From Octopus sinensis (Eukaryota): a stretch of 11,873 nt of DNA. Shown here piece by piece: positions 8,169 to 11,873 of this stretch. The stretch lies in the NCBI RefSeq assembly GCF_006345805.1, contig NW_021826862.1:1-11873 (forward strand), read 5' to 3'. Position numbers and translations under genes: made by a program. Position 1 is the first letter of the stretch. Each line of letters opens with the position of its first letter. A model generated the notes under the pieces. That model was not told where the DNA came from. It did no database searches and worked only from the letters and a program-made list of their open reading frames with translations.

Positions 8169-9322
8169 TATATATATAAATATATATAATATATCGATAT
8201 AAATATATATAATATATATATCTATATATAAATATATATATAATATATATATAAATATATTATAACATATATATATAAATATATATATACATAGATATAT
8301 AAATATATATATACTAGATATAAATATATATCATACATATATATAAATTATTATATTACATATATATAAATATATATATACATATATTATAAATATATAT
8401 AGATACATATATATAAATATATATACATATATATAAATATAATAACATATATATAAATATATATACATATATAGAAATATATATACATATATATAAATCT
8501 ATATACATATATCTATCTTATATAAATATATATACATATATATAAATATATATACATATATATTATATATATAAATATATATACATATATATAAATATAT
8601 ATACATATATTAAATATATATACATATATATAAATAATTTATTACATTATATAAATATATATACATATATAATAAATATATAACATATATATATATATAT
8701 ATATTAGAAAATATATATATATATAATAAATATATATATATATAATATATATATAAATATATACATTATATAAATATATATACATATATATAAATATATA
8801 ATACATATACATAAATATATATATACCATATATATAAATATATAACATATATCAAAGATATATACATATATATAAATATATATATACATATATATAAATA
8901 TATAAAATATATATAAATATATATATATAAATGTAAATAAATATATATATATTATATATATAAATTAAATATAAATATATATAAATATATATATAAATAT
9001 ATATAAATATTATATTATAATATAATATATATAATAGATATATATATAATATTTTAATATTATATATATATATAATATATATACATTATAAATTATATAC
9101 TATATATATAACGATATATAATATATTTATAGATATATATATATAAATATATATATGTATATATAAATATATATATAATATATAATACATATATATAAAT
9201 ATATATACATATAGTAAATATATATATACAATATATAAATATATATATATAAATATATATATATAAAATATAAATAAATAATATATATATATAAATATAT
9301 ATAAATATATATACATATATAA

Positions 9323-9353
<31 letters not shown>

Positions 9354-9367
9354 AATATATATAAATA
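8127..9367. repeat. Degenerate (TA)n tract, left part
   Basis: Seen directly. An 18-bp higher-order unit ATATATACATATATATAA is visible around 8400-8630. Confidence 0.97.
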
Positions 9368-9640
9368 CGGCACAAAGTTATTTCACCTCAATTGGCCCCG
9401 CTCTCTTTAACATTACACCAAAACACATTATAACAGAAACTGACCCTATAGGGTTCAAGAAGTATTTGGACAGATTCCTTCAAGAAATCCCGGATAAACC
9501 CCCTACACCGGATATGTCTCTGTAACAATAATATCTACTTGAGTGGGCCATAGTGCCCAAATTCTGACTTGAAAGACTTCACCAGGTGGTGCTATTAAGT
9601 AGACATGGCCTGGGCCAATAATGGCCGAAACCTATCAAAG
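9368..9640 (+). mobile_element. 5'-truncated CR1-group LINE (ORF2 C-terminus plus 3' UTR)
   Basis: Translates from 9376 as [45 protein letters not shown], then frameshifted GY...NNLLEWAIVPKF*. This fits the GP.LFN.LP...FK..LD.FL..IPD.P..PGY...NSLL C-terminal pattern of CR1/L2-group ORF2. A small stem-loop GGCCA-ATAA-TGGCC lies at 9613-9626. Confidence 0.8.
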
Positions 9641-9776
9641 TATATACATATATATAAATATATATATATATAAATATATATACATATATATAAATATATA
9701 TATATATAAATATATATACATATATATAAATATATATATATATTAAATATATATACAATATATAAATATATTATAT

Positions 9777-9807
<31 letters not shown>

Positions 9808-10476
9808 CATATATATAAATTATATATATTATAAATATATATACATATAAATATATATACATATATATAAATATATATATATAAATATATATACAATATA
9901 TAAATAGATATATAATATATATACAATATATAAATATATATATATAAATATATATACTATATATAACTATATATACATATATATAAATATATATATATAA
10001 TATATATACATATAGATAAATATATATATATAAATATATATACATATATATAAATATATTATAAATATATAAAGATATATATATAATATATATTACATAT
10101 ATTAAAAATATATATATATAATATATATAACCTATAGAAATATTATAAATATATAAATATAAATATATTATTAACTATATATGATAATATATATATATAA
10201 ATATATAATACATATATATAATATATATACATATATAAATATAATATACATATATATAAATATACATATATATGAATATGTATATATATAAATATATATA
10301 CATATATATAAATATATATACATATATATATACTATATAACATAGATATAAATATATATAAAGATATATACCATATATATAAATATATATATATATATAT
10401 AGATATATATATATAAATATATATAAATATATATATATATATATAGATATATATATAAATATATATATACATATAT

Positions 10477-10523
<47 letters not shown>
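9641..10523. repeat. Degenerate (TA)n tract, right part
   Basis: Seen directly. It is followed by (CA)n at about 10547-10567. Confidence 0.97.
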
Positions 10524-10526
<3 letters not shown>

Positions 10527-10681
10527 ATGTCAATGCACATAAATGCCACACACACACACACACACACATGTAAGATAGAACAAATTCCAAAAGGCATATC
10601 TACCAAAACTCGACTGATTTTACCAACCCAGGTCTTGGATTTGAGGAGATTTTCTTCCAAACGCCATTAATATTTAAGAAT

Positions 10682-10922
10682 AAGGCCAGCGAGCTGGCAG
10701 AATCGTTAGCATGATGGGGGCTAAAACGCTTACCGGTATTTCGTCTGCCTTTAAGTTCTGAGTTCAAATTCTGCCGAGGTCGACTTTGCCTCTCATCTCC
10801 TTTCAGGGTCAATCAATTAAATAAGCACCAGTTATGCACTGGGGGTCGATGTAATCCACTTAAACCCTTTATTTGTCCTTGTTTGCCCCTCTATGTTTAG
10901 GCCTTTGTGGGCAATAAGGAAT
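10682..10922 (+). mobile_element. SINE family A, full length
   Basis: Aligns with the reverse complement of 29-261. B-box GAGTTCAAATTC at 10760-10771. TSD AATATTTAAGAA (10669-10680) / AATATTTGAGAA (10925-10936), 11 of 12 identical. Confidence 0.9.
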
Positions 10923-10977
10923 TAAATATTTGAGAACAGTGTTTCATAAATGTATTTTCAAAAAATTTTATTATATA

Positions 10978-11380
10978 CTAGCAGTATCGCCCGGCGTTGC
11001 TCGGGTTTGTAAGGGAAATAACTATCTAAGCATTTTTAGAGAGTTATAGCCCCGAAAATAGCAAAAAAATGCATTAAAAATGGAAAAAAAATTAAATTAT
11101 GGTAAATTTTTTTTAAATCGTTGACACATCGTAGACATTTTTAGAGAGTTACTTCCCTTATATAATAGCGAAAAAAATGCATTAAAATGGAAAAAATGAT
11201 GGTAAATTGTTTTTTAAATCGTAGACTCATCGTAGACACGTGCTAGTACCCAGAAGGGCTCGATATGAATCACGACTATAAGATACCCAGTTTTGGTTAA
11301 ACTGCACCGCAAAATGTGGGAGTAGTTAGGAATCTAAATCGTAGGAGACAGACACACAACTTGACTTTTATATATAAAGA
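10978..11380 (-). mobile_element. Non-autonomous Helitron, 403 bp
   Basis: On the minus strand: 5'-TC start at 11380-11379, 3'-CTAG end at 10981-10978, GC-rich hairpin CCCGAGCAACGCCGGG (11005-10990) about 12 nt before the end, and insertion between host A (11381) and T (10977) with no TSD. These are the canonical Helitron hallmarks. Confidence 0.88.
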
Positions 11381-11616
11381 TAATTCTGTTACTACTACTA
11401 CTGCAACAATGAATGATTTCTTATATTTGCCACAAGGATGACAATTGAAGAGACATTGATAAGCACTGAACAAACAAAGAAGGAAACAAAGAAAAAAAAA
11501 CAGAAACAAAGGAAAGGGTTTTTACAATTCTGTGTATTACAAGTCTTTTGCTTCAGTTTTGTTCTGGAACCTTCTGACAATCTAATAATGGGAAATGCAC
11601 ATGCATACACACACAT

Positions 11617-11638
11617 ATGCAGCAGCAGCAGTAGCAGC

Positions 11639-11677
<39 letters not shown>

Positions 11678-11797
11678 CATAGTAGTAGTAGCAGTAGCAG
11701 CAGCAGCAGTAGTAGTAGTAGTTAGTAGTAGTAGTAGTAGTAGTAGTCGTAGTAGTAATAGTTGTAGTAGTAGTAGTAGTAGCAGTTTCTCGTAGTG
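11617..11797. repeat. (GCA)/(GTA)n microsatellite
   Basis: Seen directly. Confidence 0.95.
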
Positions 11798-11873
11798 GTG
11801 AAGAGAAACTTGCAAAAAATTATGTGAGGAGGAGGAGGAATGGAGTAACAGGAAGAGGAAGATGTTGATAAAG

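Noticed and set aside
8642-10660. Many Ile/Tyr-rich ORFs
   Set aside because: They are translations of (TA)n. The same applies to 3636-4172 and 3769-4158 (TA/GATA).

Overview
AT-rich eukaryotic, repeat-dominated DNA, probably intronic. The SINE families and microsatellite load resemble coleoid cephalopod (Octopus-like) genomic sequence; this is recognition from memory, not a database result. Contents: at least five tRNA-headed or SINE-like families (three copies with visible target-site duplications), decayed LINE fragments (an RTE-clade RT remnant, an RTE-type 3' end with an internal ~66-bp tandem array, a CR1-group 3' end inside a ~2.4-kb TA tract, and two putative Dong/R4-like 3' ends inside (AAT)n), a structurally complete 403-bp non-autonomous Helitron, a ~1-kb 26/29-bp minisatellite, and many microsatellites. 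Almost all listed ORFs are microsatellite or repeat artefacts. One probable coding exon (2539-2753, minus strand, one hydrophobic helix) and a weaker exon candidate (7373-7460, minus) suggest an unidentified host gene on the minus strand. No prokaryotic genes, CRISPR array or complete gene were found, and no clearly new biological system is demonstrable from sequence alone. The best leads are a pre-miRNA-sized hairpin (489-548), a TSD-bounded composite SINE carrying orphan DNA, and concentric inverted SINE pairs around the candidate exons.
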